Source of the DNA: Tubulanus polymorphus
Taxonomy: Eukaryota; Animalia; Nemertea
Length of the DNA stretch: 64,000 nucleotides
Reading direction: 5' to 3'
NCBI RefSeq assembly: GCF_964204645.1
Contig: NC_134025.1
Span: forward strand, 15,376,001 to 15,440,000
Shown: positions 12,377 to 24,477 of the stretch, piece by piece
Position numbering within the stretch: the first letter of the stretch is position 1
Layout: each line of letters begins with the position of its first letter
Notes under the pieces: model-generated
What the model was told of the DNA's origin: nothing
Databases searched by the model: none
The model's input: only the letters and a program-made list of their open reading frames with translations
Translations under genes and position numbers: made by a program

Positions 12377-12686
12377 TGGCGTTAAGAAAAAGCCTAGATC
12401 CGAGAAACAAATTAAATGGGCAAGAGTATTAGGTAAAAGATCTTCAGAATTAAAAAAAGCTAAGAAAACGAAATTAACTGATATAAATGAATCACAGAAA
12501 TTATCTGATATTGATTCAAATAATAATCCATCTAATTCTTCTAATAGTGGAAGAAATAATTACTTATATATTACAATTGGATTAGTAACAGTTATCATAT
12601 TATCCGGTGTAATATATAAATCAAAATTCAAATCTAATGATAAAGATGATTCCAATGATAATAAACCTAATCATACCAGAAAGTAA
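12369..12686 (+). CDS. Small basic protein Y with one transmembrane segment
   Basis: KKPRSEKQIKWA basic N-terminus and hydrophobic YLYITIGLVTVIILSGVIY. Homologue at 44609. Confidence 0.7.
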   Translation: MSDGVKKKPRSEKQIKWARVLGKRSSELKKAKKTKLTDINESQKLSDIDSNNNPSNSSNSGRNNYLYITIGLVTVIILSGVIYKSKFKSNDKDDSNDNKPNHTRK

Positions 12687-12744
12687 ATCAAATGATAAAG
12701 TCATTGAAAATAAACCAAGATTATTATTAATGGATTAAAATAAG

Positions 12745-13856
12745 ATGAAAAAAGAACAATATTTAAGAGAGTTATATTATAACCCAGAAAGTGAATATTC
12801 TAACGTTTCAGAATTATGGAATAAAATTAAATCTGATAATGAAAATGGGGCCATACGGCACCCACACGGTGATATAAAAATATAGTGAATTAAAATCATG
12901 GTTACAAAATCAACCAACATATCAAATACACAAGAAAATGGATAAAACTTATTTAACAAGAAAAGTTATGGTTTCATATATCGATCAACAATGGCAAGCA
13001 GATTTAATTGACATGAAGAACTTAGAGGAATACAACAAAGGATATTTCTGGATATTAAATGTTATAGACATATTCAGTATATACGCATGGTCAATTCCAA
13101 TCAAAAATAAAACTGGAATAGAAGTAACAAATGCTTTTAAATCTATATTTAAAGAAGCTATTCCAGATAAGATACAATTTGATGAAGGTAAGGAATTCTA
13201 TAACAAACATTTTTAAAAACTATTATCTGATAACGATGTAGATTATTTTTCAACACACTCAGATAAAAAAGCATCTATTATAGAAAGATTTAATAAAACA
13301 TTGAAAACTAGAATGTGGAAATATTTTACTGCTAATGAAACATATATATATATATATCGATGTATTAGATGATTTAGTGAAAGGTTATAATAATTCTAAA
13401 CATAGTTCTATAAATATGAAACCTATACAAGCTAGAAAAGAAGATAATTCAGAAATAGTTTGGAATAATTTATATGGAGCATTTGTTACACACGATTTCG
13501 GAGAACCTAAATTTAAAATAGGACAACACGTCAGAATATCTAAATATAGAAAAACATTTTATAAAGGTTATACCCCTAATTTTACTGAAGAAATATTCAA
13601 GATTAAAAAGATAATATTAACTAAACCTCTTGTTTATAAATTAGAAGATCTAAAAGATGAAGAAATATTAGGTTATTTCTATGAACAAGAATTATCACTT
13701 GTACCAAATCCAGATGAAATAGAATACAAAATAGAAAAAGTGTTGAAAACAAAAACTCTTAAAGCAAAAAAGTATTCTTTGGTGAAATATAAAGGATATG
13801 ATGATAAATTTAATGAATGGATTTTATCTAGTAAAATTAAAAGTATAAATGAATAA
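12745..13856 (+). pseudogene. Retroviral-like (rve) DDE integrase with C-terminal chromodomain, frameshifted
   Basis: QWQADLIDM, IQFDEGKEF, KASIIERFNKTLK. Chromo-like YKIEKVLK..YSLVKYKGYDDKFNEWI. Confidence 0.9.
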
Positions 13857-16705
13857 AGATTTATTTATATTTGAACCGCATAATATGTTAGTTACTGGTG
13901 TAACCAATTGTGGTAAAACACATTTCATATTAGATTTGTTAGAAACTATTTATAAGAATCGTTTTGATAATATAGTATTATTCTGCCCTACTTATGAAAT
14001 GGATAAAACATATAATAGAGACATAGTTAAGATGAAAAAGTTTATTATATTAGATCCTAAACCAGTAAAAGAAAATTTAGATAATTGTATTAAAATAGCA
14101 ATTGATACTTATAAAGGATCAAATACATTATTCATTATAGATGATTGCGCAAATTTACATGATTCAAAAGTGAGAGAAAGTGAGTTATGTTATTTAGCTT
14201 TCTCTGGGAGACATTTTGGGATAACAACATGGGTTTTAAATCAAAAATATAATTCAATTGTTAAAGACTTTAGGGAGAATATAAGATGTCTAGTTTTATT
14301 TTATAACAAAGATAAACAAGAGCCCCAAGGGGCACAATGGCCAGCCTGTCAGATTTGCTTTTTATAAATGATGTAATCTGTGGGTTATATTTATCAATAT
14401 ACACTCCCTGCTCAATATCATTTACATAGTAAAATCGTGTGTTAACACAGACAGCAGGAACGAATGTAATATAGAAATACTAAGTTATTGTATTGTTCAA
14501 CGCCCCCTGGTGGCCATAAAAAAAACCAATGAGCTTGAAACTCACCTCGATCATAGAACATGTCATGAGCTACAACTTTCCAATTGATTATAGTAGCAAA
14601 ATATGCTTAAGTATCAATTATGATGTGGAAAAACTTTTTTTCCACCTACGAATGAGTACTGATGACCCCAAGATGGCTGCCAAGTGCGTCATAATTGCCT
14701 GGTCAAAAATACCCTCTCGGATATAAAAGATCACTTTCCAAAGAATACCCATTACAAATTGCAATGAAACATGGCGCACCATTAGAAAGCTACAGTACTC
14801 AGAATTCAGGCCAAAATTGACATTTTTGGGAACAAAAAAGGTCACAGTACGGCCATCTTGAGTCCGATCGACTCAATTTTTCTCATGCCGATGGGCCCTC
14901 GGGGGATACAAATATATACGAATGATCAAGGTTATTGATAAAAGTGTCTTCAAAATTTTCACTCGAAAACTTCAAAAATGTGTAAAAAGTGCTGATTTTG
15001 GCGAACAACAATGGCTGCCAGTCGGCCATCTTGAATCTGACAGGGCCAGTTTTTGGCCTGAAGATGTGTCTAGGGTAGATACACGTATAAAACAAATATC
15101 AAGACATTACCTTGAAGCGTCTTCAAAACTTTGGAACTCTCACGAACTATCTAGATGGTTATCTCTCGACCTCAATAGCTTCAAGACCCATCTCAAAACA
15201 ACTTTGTTCCATGCAGCATACCATTAACTCTCGGAAAGCGAATTTTATTTAACATTTTTTGGCAGAATAAAATTTGATTGAATTTGCAATTCGGGCACAT
15301 GGCTAATTAGCATATCAAGGTCATACACCCGATTTGGTAAAACCTTTTTTTCGCGAACCTTGCGCAATTGTCAAGGATGAATTTTCTGTAGAGCAAATAA
15401 AAATTCCTCCCAAACACCAAATCAACTAAAGACTTCATAGAAATCGATCTTGAAATACAATTTTAAATCTTAAAATAAAACCCGGAAGTAAAACAGTACA
15501 GTAGACGATACCGCGGATTCACGTGAACACCTGATTTCTGTAAACGAAATGTTGGTTGTGACAAAATTGTTCAGACGGTTTTAGGTGGTAATAAGTACGG
15601 AAACGTAACGACCATGGTCGACTTAACCGATGAAATCAGGCCTATGTGATATCCAAATTTTGACTTTTTTATTCTCCAGACCTCCCTGATATAGAAATAA
15701 AAAATTTTGGTGGTACGAAAGTGCAATCACAGCGCCGACGGGGACAGAGCCGTGTCAGAGATCGGCGGAGTGAAAATTGAGGTGGACGAACATGAAGAAG
15801 TAGGCTATTGCGCTACTTGAATCACGAAAACTCCTGGCGCGGCCCCGACGCTTTTCGTTGATTAAGTAATACAAATATCATGCAATGGGTTTTCACAATC
15901 TACCGCTGCCGTATTTACCGGATTTCAATATCACTCCAAAATTCAAAGAAACCTCGAAATATCGAACCGGAACACTTCCGGTAGATATCCGCGGCTGCCC
16001 AACCGGGAAACTTATTTGTTTCAATAGATATTGATAGGATCCATCATCTTCACCCGTCAAGGGATTCGAACCCACTAAGCTAAAGCAATGCCAGAATCTG
16101 GTCGGGCCAATCACAGCGCTTGTAACAAACCACATTAGGCTTCTGTGGAATTTCCCAGTAAATGGGCCAATCAGCGAACACGTAGCGAACGCGGAAGTAT
16201 TGTCGCGTGTTGATACATGACGTCATGCGCAAAAGCGCCAGTAATGAAATCGCGATAATTCACGTGAACAGCTGCTGATATTTTCAGATAAACCAATCAC
16301 AGGGAAGACACAACTTCCTGATTGGCTGATAAAAATTGAAATTTTCCCGATTTAACTTTCGTGAAAAATGCAGAAAACATTTTTATGAGACCCTATTTCA
16401 AAATTCTGCTCGCTACGATTCCGAGAATGGATTACGCTTAAATACGTGATTTGTTCGGATATGCCCTCACTTGGCAAGCAAAAGAGCCTTTTGTGTGGAA
16501 ACCATGTCATTTAAATTCGCTCCATTTGTATAGTAATAGGCTCAGCCTACGGCTGGCCTAAAAATCTATGCAACAATCATTGGAAGAAAATCAAATTATA
16601 CCTACTGAATTACATGATGAATATATGAATAAATTAAAGAATAATAAAGGTTCAAAATTATTACTGAGATTACAATTTCCCTATGAATATAAGTTTATAA
16701 AATAA
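13849..16705 (+). pseudogene. A32/FtsK-HerA-type packaging ATPase split by the insertion at 14315-16560
   Basis: Walker A GVTNCGKT, Walker B LFIIDD, GRH arginine finger. The reading resumes KSMQQSLEENQ at 16561, contiguous in the copy at about 46465-46611. Confidence 0.9.
14315..16560 (-). mobile_element. Non-autonomous Helentron-like (HINE/DINE-type) element
   Basis: Subterminal inverted repeat GGCCAGCC (about 14339) / GGCTGGCC (16551). Stem-loops GCCCC-AA-GGGGC and CAGCC-TAC-GGCTG. AACAAGAG end, A/T-run target, no TSD. Absent from the ATPase of element B. Confidence 0.7.
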
Positions 16706-16726
16706 CTATTTATATATCTATCTATC

Positions 16727-17002
16727 TAATACGTATTAAATACGTATTAGATACGTATTAAATACATTAATATTTTAAACCCCATTTTTAAAATAAATAT
16801 TATTCATATAATTTTCAACCAATTTATTTTTATCTTTTTCAACTAATATATGAATAAGTTTGAAAATAATAAAGGTTATTTATTATTACTGAGGTTTCAA
16901 TATAAATTTAAAAAAGAAATATAATTTAAGGTATTTTCAAATAATATGTATTAGATACGTATTAGATACGTATTAGATATGTATTAAATACGTATTAGAT
17001 AC
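16727..17002. repeat. Two short arrays of a 10-bp unit ATACGTATTA(G/A) between convergent gene blocks
   Basis: Arrays at about 16727-16770 and 16948-17002. The core ATACGTAT is palindromic. Confidence 0.8.
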
Positions 17003-17061
17003 CTTAATACTTAAAACCCCCTTTTTTATTTACTATTATTTTATACAATTTTCAACCTTTA

Positions 17062-17886
17062 TTACTTTTTGAGTGTTAGATAATCACTTTCTGAATCACT
17101 TTCACTATCAGACCCTAACAATTTATTCAAATGCTCTACCGTATCTTCATAGATAATTGGTTTATTGATATACTTATTAGTCATCTCAACTATATCTTTA
17201 TTTTCTGATTTAAGTTTCATAGAATCTTTATTATCAATGCGCTTTCCTGTATTTTCATTATTATCTTTATTAGTGTTTGCTCCTAATATTTCATATACAG
17301 TGTTTGATCCTAATATTTCATTAGCATCGGTTAGATCTAATTCATCTTTATTAGGTGTTGCTAATAATAAATCTTCATATATTTTTTCACCATTTACTTT
17401 TTGATTTGAAACAAACTTTGTAACATATCTAAATGGGTGTTCTATGAATTCTTTTAAACCAACACGTTCTATAACATTATTTATATGTACCCTTGTATTC
17501 ATATGTTTATTCCAATTTGATGGAGCGTTTGAAAATTCACTTTTACAATATCCACAATAATTTCTATTTTCACTAACATTTAATATTATTTAATTATTAG
17601 ATATAGAAGGTATTACATTATTAGATGTAGAAGGTATTGCATTATTAGAAGTAGAAGGTATTACATTATTAGATGTAGAAGGTATTACATTATTATCAAT
17701 TACATTACTTAAATTATCAACAACACCACTTTTATTATTATCGATTTCTATTAGTTTATTTTTATAAATTTTGAAAATAGGATCAAATATCAAAGCTATA
17801 TTACAAGGTATTACATAATATAAACCATCATTATTTTCATGTGTATCGATGTATGGAATATGTTTATATACTTTACCTCCTTCCAT
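17062..17886 (-). pseudogene. Variable protein Z with C2H2-like zinc finger and SNNVIPST repeats (frameshifted)
   Basis: TAAATG start. ORFs 17590-17886 and 17062-17502, with YCGYC..WNKHMNTRVH between them and 24-bp tandem repeats at about 17595-17700. Confidence 0.55.
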
Positions 17887-17918
17887 TTATATAATAGATA
17901 TTTATTAAAGTTAAAATT

Positions 17919-19167
17919 CTAATACATAACACTATCTAATTGAGAATTTAAATATTTAATTGCGCGTCAGATATAATATAAATGTGCATTTTAAAATTTT
18001 TGTCTCCTCTTTTCTTTTTCATGAATAATTGTATTCCATCTTTAGTGTTCTGTAATTTTTTTCCAGAACCATGTAATGAATTATCCTCTGTTGTTCTAAA
18101 ATCTAACCATAATGCATATTTATTACCGGTATAATAATCAATTTGATTAATGTTACAATTTTCAGATGATTTTACTTTTTCATTCATAAAATGTTTTCTA
18201 ATTTCTGGCCATTGATCAATCATTCTCATTCCTTGACAAAATATTTTATTTGCTATTCCTTCGATAGTTATTTCTACTTTTGTTATTTCAGGATTATAAT
18301 AATTATCAACATTTATTGCGCCATTAGTATATGTTGCAATGGTAAAAAATATTAATATACCTTTAATAGATCTTCTTGGGAAGTTAATATTCTCATTAAT
18401 AATTTCATCATTTGCATTAATAGTTACAGTTTTAAATTTATCAATATAATCATATAATAATGAAAATCCTTGATTGTATTGAGTTTGAATTATACTTGAA
18501 ATATTTTCATCAGTAACTGTATCATATTCTAAACATATATTCGATAATTTATAACTCATATCTTTATTAACGCTAGATAATACGATTTCATTTACAGGAG
18601 CAAATGTTATTTCGAATATAACGTCTTCTTGAATTGCGTATTTATATAAAGGTGCATTGTTATTTATCAATTCAAAGTCTAATGGAATTTTATATTTGCT
18701 TCCATAGATACTTTTTATCAATTTATCTACAGCATTAGTTAATATTGCGCTATTAGCTTCTGATCTTAATTTATTTTGGTTTTCTGATTGGATTCCTTGA
18801 AATATCATATTATTTCTGTTTTCTTTAGTTAACCATAAATCTTTATAATGCATAAATAAATTATAATCATCTAATGAGAAAACTGTTTCTGGACCAATCT
18901 TTATAGTTAATTTTTTAATCAAATATCTTCCAACATTATCAACAACATAATTATTATTATTACCGATTACTTTTATATCGGCTGATAAATAAATACTATT
19001 TGGAACATAAAAAGTATTTTGTGTTAATCGAGGAATTCTAACATATAAAGTTAAGTATCAGGATTAATATTAGAAGGGTTATGAGTAATTATATGATGTG
19101 ATCTTTCTGCTTTAATAGCATTAGATATTCTATGATTCTTAGAAGGATTGATATAACTTCCACTCAT
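17919..19167 (-). pseudogene. Major capsid protein (double jelly-roll), two small frameshifts
   Basis: About 415 codons, beta-rich. HNPSNINP..LYVRIPRL, VGRYLIKKLTIKIG, YKLSNICLEYDTV, NINFPRRSIKGILIFF, ALWLDFRT. Highly conserved with 47614-48834. The fold is inferred from size, pattern and context. Confidence 0.78.
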
Positions 19168-19186
19168 TTATTTAACAAAAAATTAA

Positions 19187-20875
19187 TTATTTATTTTTTG
19201 ATATCATATTTACAAACCCAAAAATAATAGCACTTACAACTGTAATTAAAAATAAAATAATATGTTCAGCAGCAAAGTTAATAATATTCCCAGCAGATTT
19301 CAATATAAAACCAACAATTGATGCAATAATTCCTGGCAATGCTGCAGCAGATTTCTTTGATAGTTCCCATAAATATTTTGCTAATTTCTTTAAACCATCT
19401 TTAACTTTATCTTGTATAGAATTATTATCTGGAGGTTTATCTGGTTTATTGGGAGTAGGAGTAGATTTCAAAGAATTTGATATTGCTAAACCAATTGTTG
19501 TAAATAACATAGTTACAGCTGTTAGAATTGAAAGAATTGTTATACCTTCTAACTTAAATAATAATCTTATTCTGTCTTTTAATGATATTTCAGAATTTGG
19601 TTTTATCAACAAATCTTTAAAGTTTTTAATATGATTAAGATCATATGATTTTAATAATGTATCTCTTTCTTCTTTCTGTAATTCTATATTATATTCTAAA
19701 TCATCTATTTCTTTTTCTAAAGCTAACTTTCTGCTTTCATAATCAGCTTCCTCGATTAATTGAAGATTTTTATCTAATTGTAATTGTTTTAATTTTTCAT
19801 TTGCATTAGCTAATTCTTTTTCTAACATGGTTAGTTTAGAAAATCTCATCTTAATATTAGCAATTTCACCAGCTGATTCTTGCATACCTTTAATTTCTCT
19901 ACGTGCTTTTTCAGGAAATTCTTTTAATTCATCATCAGTTAAATCAAGTAATCCTTTTTCTAGTAAAGATTGTATTCGATTTATTCCAGTTTCAGAACCA
20001 GATGTATCTAAAATACTATTCATCTCTTCTTCTGAATCGCTTAATCTATCAATTTGTCAAATGTTAATTGTAATTGACTTGAATCATTATCAATTGTCTC
20101 TTCTCGATGTTTCGGGTGTTGAAGATCTTAATTTATCTAATCGATTTGCAAAATCTTCAGTTTCTGGATCAACATCATTAGGATTTAAATTTGGATTTTT
20201 AAATGGTGAATCCTTGTTTATATCAATATTAGGAATTGGTTCTTCTTTATTTATTCTGTCGAGTGCATTCCATATAATTCTGAGAAATTCTCTACCACCT
20301 TTTGAACCTTCAATTGTAGATAATGCTCGCATTCCAGGTTCAAAAATATTTTCTTGACCCATTCTAGATAATTGAATTGATACAGTATTCCTATTTAATT
20401 CAAGATTATAATACCATGAATCATTTTTAAATTCTAAATTATTCGTGAAATATGGGTCATCTTTAAAAATTTGTTCTACAACATCTTCAGTATCAATTTC
20501 ATCTATTACAACTTTGGGTAATAATTCGTTAACAATTGTATCTGTTACTCTAGATTTCATTTTATATAATTCCATATGTTTATCAGGATATTTTTCTTGT
20601 TGTTCTACTAATAGTTCCATAAATTCTTTTCTTTCTGTTGTAGTTGCAATTCTACCACTTTCAGGAGCTTGTAAATATTTAATTAATTTTTCACGTAATT
20701 CGGAATTAATTCCATCATAATCATCATCATAATCATCATCTTCACCTTAATTAGTATTATATGCCGTTTTATTATCATTACTGAAACTTGTTTCATCAAA
20801 ATCAGGTTGTTGTTCATCACTTATACCGGGTTCATCTAAAGGATCCATTGGAATATCTTCTCCACCTTCTGCCAT
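19187..20875 (-). pseudogene. Long protein: acidic N-terminus, coiled coil, hydrophobic/amphipathic C-terminus (frameshifted)
   Basis: TAAATG start MAEGGEDIPM at 20875. ORF pieces 20090-20620 and 19187-20023, with hydrophobic EGITILSILTAVTMLF.. and LPGIIASIVGFIL.. Confidence 0.65.
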
Positions 20876-20891
20876 TTACATAATAAAAAAA

Positions 20892-22194
20892 TTAAAATTT
20901 AAAATATAATATTCCTCCGATTACAATTCCTATACAAGTTAAAGCTAATTTAGCATTTTCATGGGATTTATTATCATCATTTAGTTTAATTATTTCATGT
21001 TGAATATTATCAGTTTTTATATTTTCTGATGTATTGTAATCTTTTATTTTAGAATCATTATTTAATCTAATATTCTTAGTTTTAGTTTCTGTTGATTGAA
21101 TATGTTTTTTATTTTTTTCACCTTCCATTAATTTTGGAGCAGTAATAATCTTTTTATTTATATCATTCAATCCAAATGAATTATTTATTGTTGCAGTTTT
21201 AATTAGATTATTATAACCAATTATGTTTCCCATCTTTAATACTAAATCATTAGAAATAATTAACAGATTAGGGCCTATACAATAATTTAATCTAATATGT
21301 GATTTATCTAAATAATTTTGATATCTTACAATGTTTTCCGGAATCGATCTATTTTTATCATTATGAATAGAATCTTCAAATAATACTTTGAATTGTTTAT
21401 GCGCATCGAATGAAGTGTTATCATTTCCAATTATTGGGGATCTTGTTTCAACTTGCGCACCTAGAATACAAATTAAATAAGTTCTAATAGATTGATTTAT
21501 TCTTTGTATACCAGCTTTAGTAAAACCTTCACTATTTTCTAAAATGAAATTAACCCAACCATTATTGTTTTGTTGTTGTATATTATTATAATATTTTGGT
21601 AATTCATTCCAATTTAGTGTTCTTATATCTGAATTTGTCATTATTTTTCCAAATTCTTTAGTATATAATATTCCTAATCCACCCATCTTTATTTGAATTA
21701 ATATTAAATTCATTACATATTTTATAAAACTTAGAAAAATTAATATTATTATTCAATTCTTTAAAATATTTTGAACCTGGTAAGGGAATTTCTAATTCAT
21801 CTAATATTAATTTTATTTGAAAATAAGTATGAAATCTAAAAAGTGATAACATCAATGGTAAACTTGGTTTGTTTAAATAATCATTCCAACTAATTCCACA
21901 TCCTGTTGTTGCACAATAAACAGCAAAATTGAATTGGTTCTGCCAATACTTCATATTAGATTTTAATAACCATTGTTTTGCCTCATTTAAATTTTTGAAA
22001 TTAATTGTATACACATGAAATATATTTTCCAACTTTACATGAAAATTATTACTTTCAGTAACATAAATATATAAATCAATTAATGAATTTAAAACTTCAT
22101 TTCTATATGTAATATCTTTATTAAAATCTATTGCTGGAATATTATATTTAATTGATTTATTATATTGGAAAGCTTTTTGAAAACTATCTGCCAT
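20892..22194 (-). pseudogene. Conserved viral hypothetical protein with C-terminal transmembrane anchor (frameshifted)
   Basis: ORFs 21658-22194 (YWQNQFNFAVYCATTGCGIS) and 20892-21713 (NQSIRTYLICILGAQ) are contiguous in the homologue at 42392-43294. Confidence 0.75.
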
Positions 22195-22210
22195 TTATAT
22201 AATTAAAAAA

Positions 22211-22643
22211 TTAATAATTTATTAATTCTTTTAATAATCTATCTTGTTCTTCAACTGTTATATGGCCATTTAAACTTATTATATAATCTAGTGTTCTTTA
22301 ATTTATTAATTTCTTTTATATTAGTTTTAATTTTTTCTTTATTACTTTTTATATTCAATTTTGAACTTATACCAGTTAAAACACTTGAACTTAATTCTTA
22401 TACACCAATTGATATAGCTAAAGGTGTTAATGGACTGAATATTGCTAGAAATGTTATTACAGAACTAATTGTAACCGAACCACTTATAATCAAATAATAT
22501 ATAATTTTAGATTTTAAATATTTTTTCTTTTTAACTTTTAAGTCACTTTCAAATTCTAATATTTGTTTTTCTAAATATGTTTTTTATTTAGTTTTACTGA
22601 TATCATGAGGAATAATATCAATATTATCAACTTTATCATCCAT
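22211..22643 (-). pseudogene. Two-transmembrane coiled-coil protein (disrupted)
   Basis: Reverse complement matches the intact 144-aa ORF at 41867-42301. Confidence 0.7.
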
Positions 22644-22663
22644 TTATTTAGCAAAAAAAATTA

Positions 22664-23086
22664 CTAATTAGTAAACTTATAAGCAACAAATATAACAATA
22701 ACTGTTCCCCCTAAAATCCAAATTATTTCATATTTCTTCTGTTCATTACTCGGGGTATAATAATCTGATAATTTAGGTTTGTATAGATGTAATTTTTCTT
22801 TATTGGTTACCGCGTTATATAAACTCATTGCATCATCAACTGATTGAAAATCTCTATGTGAAATCTTCTGATCATATAATTCCTTGTTAATATAATCCAT
22901 ATAGTTTTGTCGTTTTTCTCTGTATTCTTCTGCAGCTTTATTGTATTTCTCTAATGCTAAGTTATGTCTTCTTTGTTCTCCTAATGAACTATTTTTATCA
23001 ATATGCTTAAATAAATAACCTCCACCAGTAAATGCTACAGCGTTAAAAATTGCCGATCCTATAATAGTTATAATTGCAGAAGCCAT
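22664..23086 (-). CDS. 140-aa protein with hydrophobic N-terminus and C-terminal transmembrane segment
   Basis: Intact ORF, TAAATG start, near-identical homologue at 41425-41847. Confidence 0.8.
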   Translation of the reverse strand: MASAIITIIGSAIFNAVAFTGGGYLFKHIDKNSSLGEQRRHNLALEKYNKAAEEYREKRQNYMDYINKELYDQKISHRDFQSVDDAMSLYNAVTNKEKLHLYKPKLSDYYTPSNEQKKYEIIWILGGTVIVIFVAYKFTN

Positions 23087-23110
23087 TTATTTAGCAAAAA
23101 AATTATGCAA

Positions 23111-23332
23111 TTATATGGGAGGAATATATTTTTGTTTTTCTAAATAATCAATAGTTAAATTAGATAAAGTAACTGCTAATGTTAATTTTAAAATATCATT
23201 TATATCAAATCTATCAACATTAACACTTCCCATTTTGAATACTTTTTTTAATACCATTGAATAACCAATAGTTCCAACTGATAGTAATGCGCCATTATAT
23301 AATCCAGTTATTATCCACTTATTATCACTCAT
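23111..23332 (-). CDS. 73-aa hydrophobic viral protein
   Basis: Differs by one residue from 41180-41401. Confidence 0.8.
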   Translation of the reverse strand: MSDNKWIITGLYNGALLSVGTIGYSMVLKKVFKMGSVNVDRFDINDILKLTLAVTLSNLTIDYLEKQKYIPPI

Positions 23333-23689
23333 TTATTTATCAAAAAAATTACTATCATCAAAATATTTAGTTATCTTATTTATGATTAATTCAACATTTA
23401 TTTCATTACTAGTTTCATTTGTATATATTTCAATTATTATTTTTTTAATATCATCGATGATAAAATCTTCATCTAATTCATAAAATCTTAAAGATTCTCT
23501 AATTAAATTAGTAATCTTTTCTACATTTAAAGTTTCTTTATCTATTGTTGTTTCATACTCAAATGTTGTTTCATTAGAAAATGCAATATTTTTGATATGT
23601 GTAATTACATCATTAATGTTAAATTTCATTTCTTTCTCACGTTTAAAATCAAATCCAAAACATATACTCGGTCCAACAGTTATATTCAT
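23333..23689 (-). CDS. 118-aa hypothetical viral protein
   Basis: Shares both ends (MNITVGPSICFGFDFK, YF.DSNFFDK) with 40913-41179. Confidence 0.7.
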   Translation of the reverse strand: MNITVGPSICFGFDFKREKEMKFNINDVITHIKNIAFSNETTFEYETTIDKETLNVEKITNLIRESLRFYELDEDFIIDDIKKIIIEIYTNETSNEINVELIINKITKYFDDSNFFDK

Positions 23690-23704
23690 TTATATAATGA
23701 AAAA

Positions 23705-24460
23705 TTACTCTCTACATCTTATAACTAATTCATATATCACAGGAAAGTTATTCAAATCAATTAAATAACCATTATGATTTCTTATTTCTAATTTAAAATT
23801 ATTGAAATGTGGAATACAAGGTTTAAAATCACATTCAGTTAAATTATAATTTATTTGAGTTCCAAATTGTTTAACATTTTTTAATGGTAAAATATTTAAT
23901 ATACTAGAATTACAAATTGTATCTTTAGTTGCTTCAAATGTTTTTGTAGGATTAATTAAATTGCAATAAATATAAAAGTGTGTAAAAGTCATTATATTTG
24001 TATAAGTTTCGATACTTGAATAATGTCTATCCGGAAGAATTCCAAACAGTTTAGCTAAAGGTTTTCTTACTAGAAATCTATGTTGTTCATTAGTTAACTT
24101 TATTCTTATTTTATTCGAACTATCATTTTTGATAAATTTAATTTCAAATCAAGCAGCTGAGCCCATTTTTAAACGAGCTCTTTTATTAATTTCTTGCGCT
24201 AATGTTTCTAAATTATATAATCCTGGTTTTAGATAAAGATGAAACCATTTATTCAAATTTCTAACATAAATTTTAAAAGCTAAATGATCAAGAGTTTTAT
24301 TCGATATATTAAAAAAAGAATTACATAAACTTATATTAACTAATTTTAAATCAACACAATTCTTAAATTCTCTATCTAATTGAACTAGTAAATTATGTGA
24401 TTTATAATTTGTAAGTTTTCTAGAATCAACAAATATTCTGTATTCTTTTAATTCTACCAT
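23705..24460 (-). pseudogene. Minor capsid (penton-like) protein, frameshifted
   Basis: N-terminal YRIFVDSR, internal SFFNI and LKPGLYNL, HFYIYCNLI, C-terminal FKLEIRNHNGYLIDLNNFPVIYELVI. These match my recollection of Polinton mCP patterns. Confidence 0.75.
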
Positions 24461-24477
24461 TTATTTTACATATTTTC

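Noticed and set aside
16062-16072. B-box-like GGTTCGAATCC on the minus strand (and GGTTCAAACCC at 61194-61204)
   Set aside because: I could not build a cloverleaf or find an A-box at the right spacing; at most these are SINE scraps.
19449-20720. Plus-strand ORFs opposite viral genes (also 17165, 22291, 46933, 47175, and minus-strand 10836 and 10877)
   Set aside because: Antisense shadows of AT-rich coding sequence, with no TAAATG start and no motifs.
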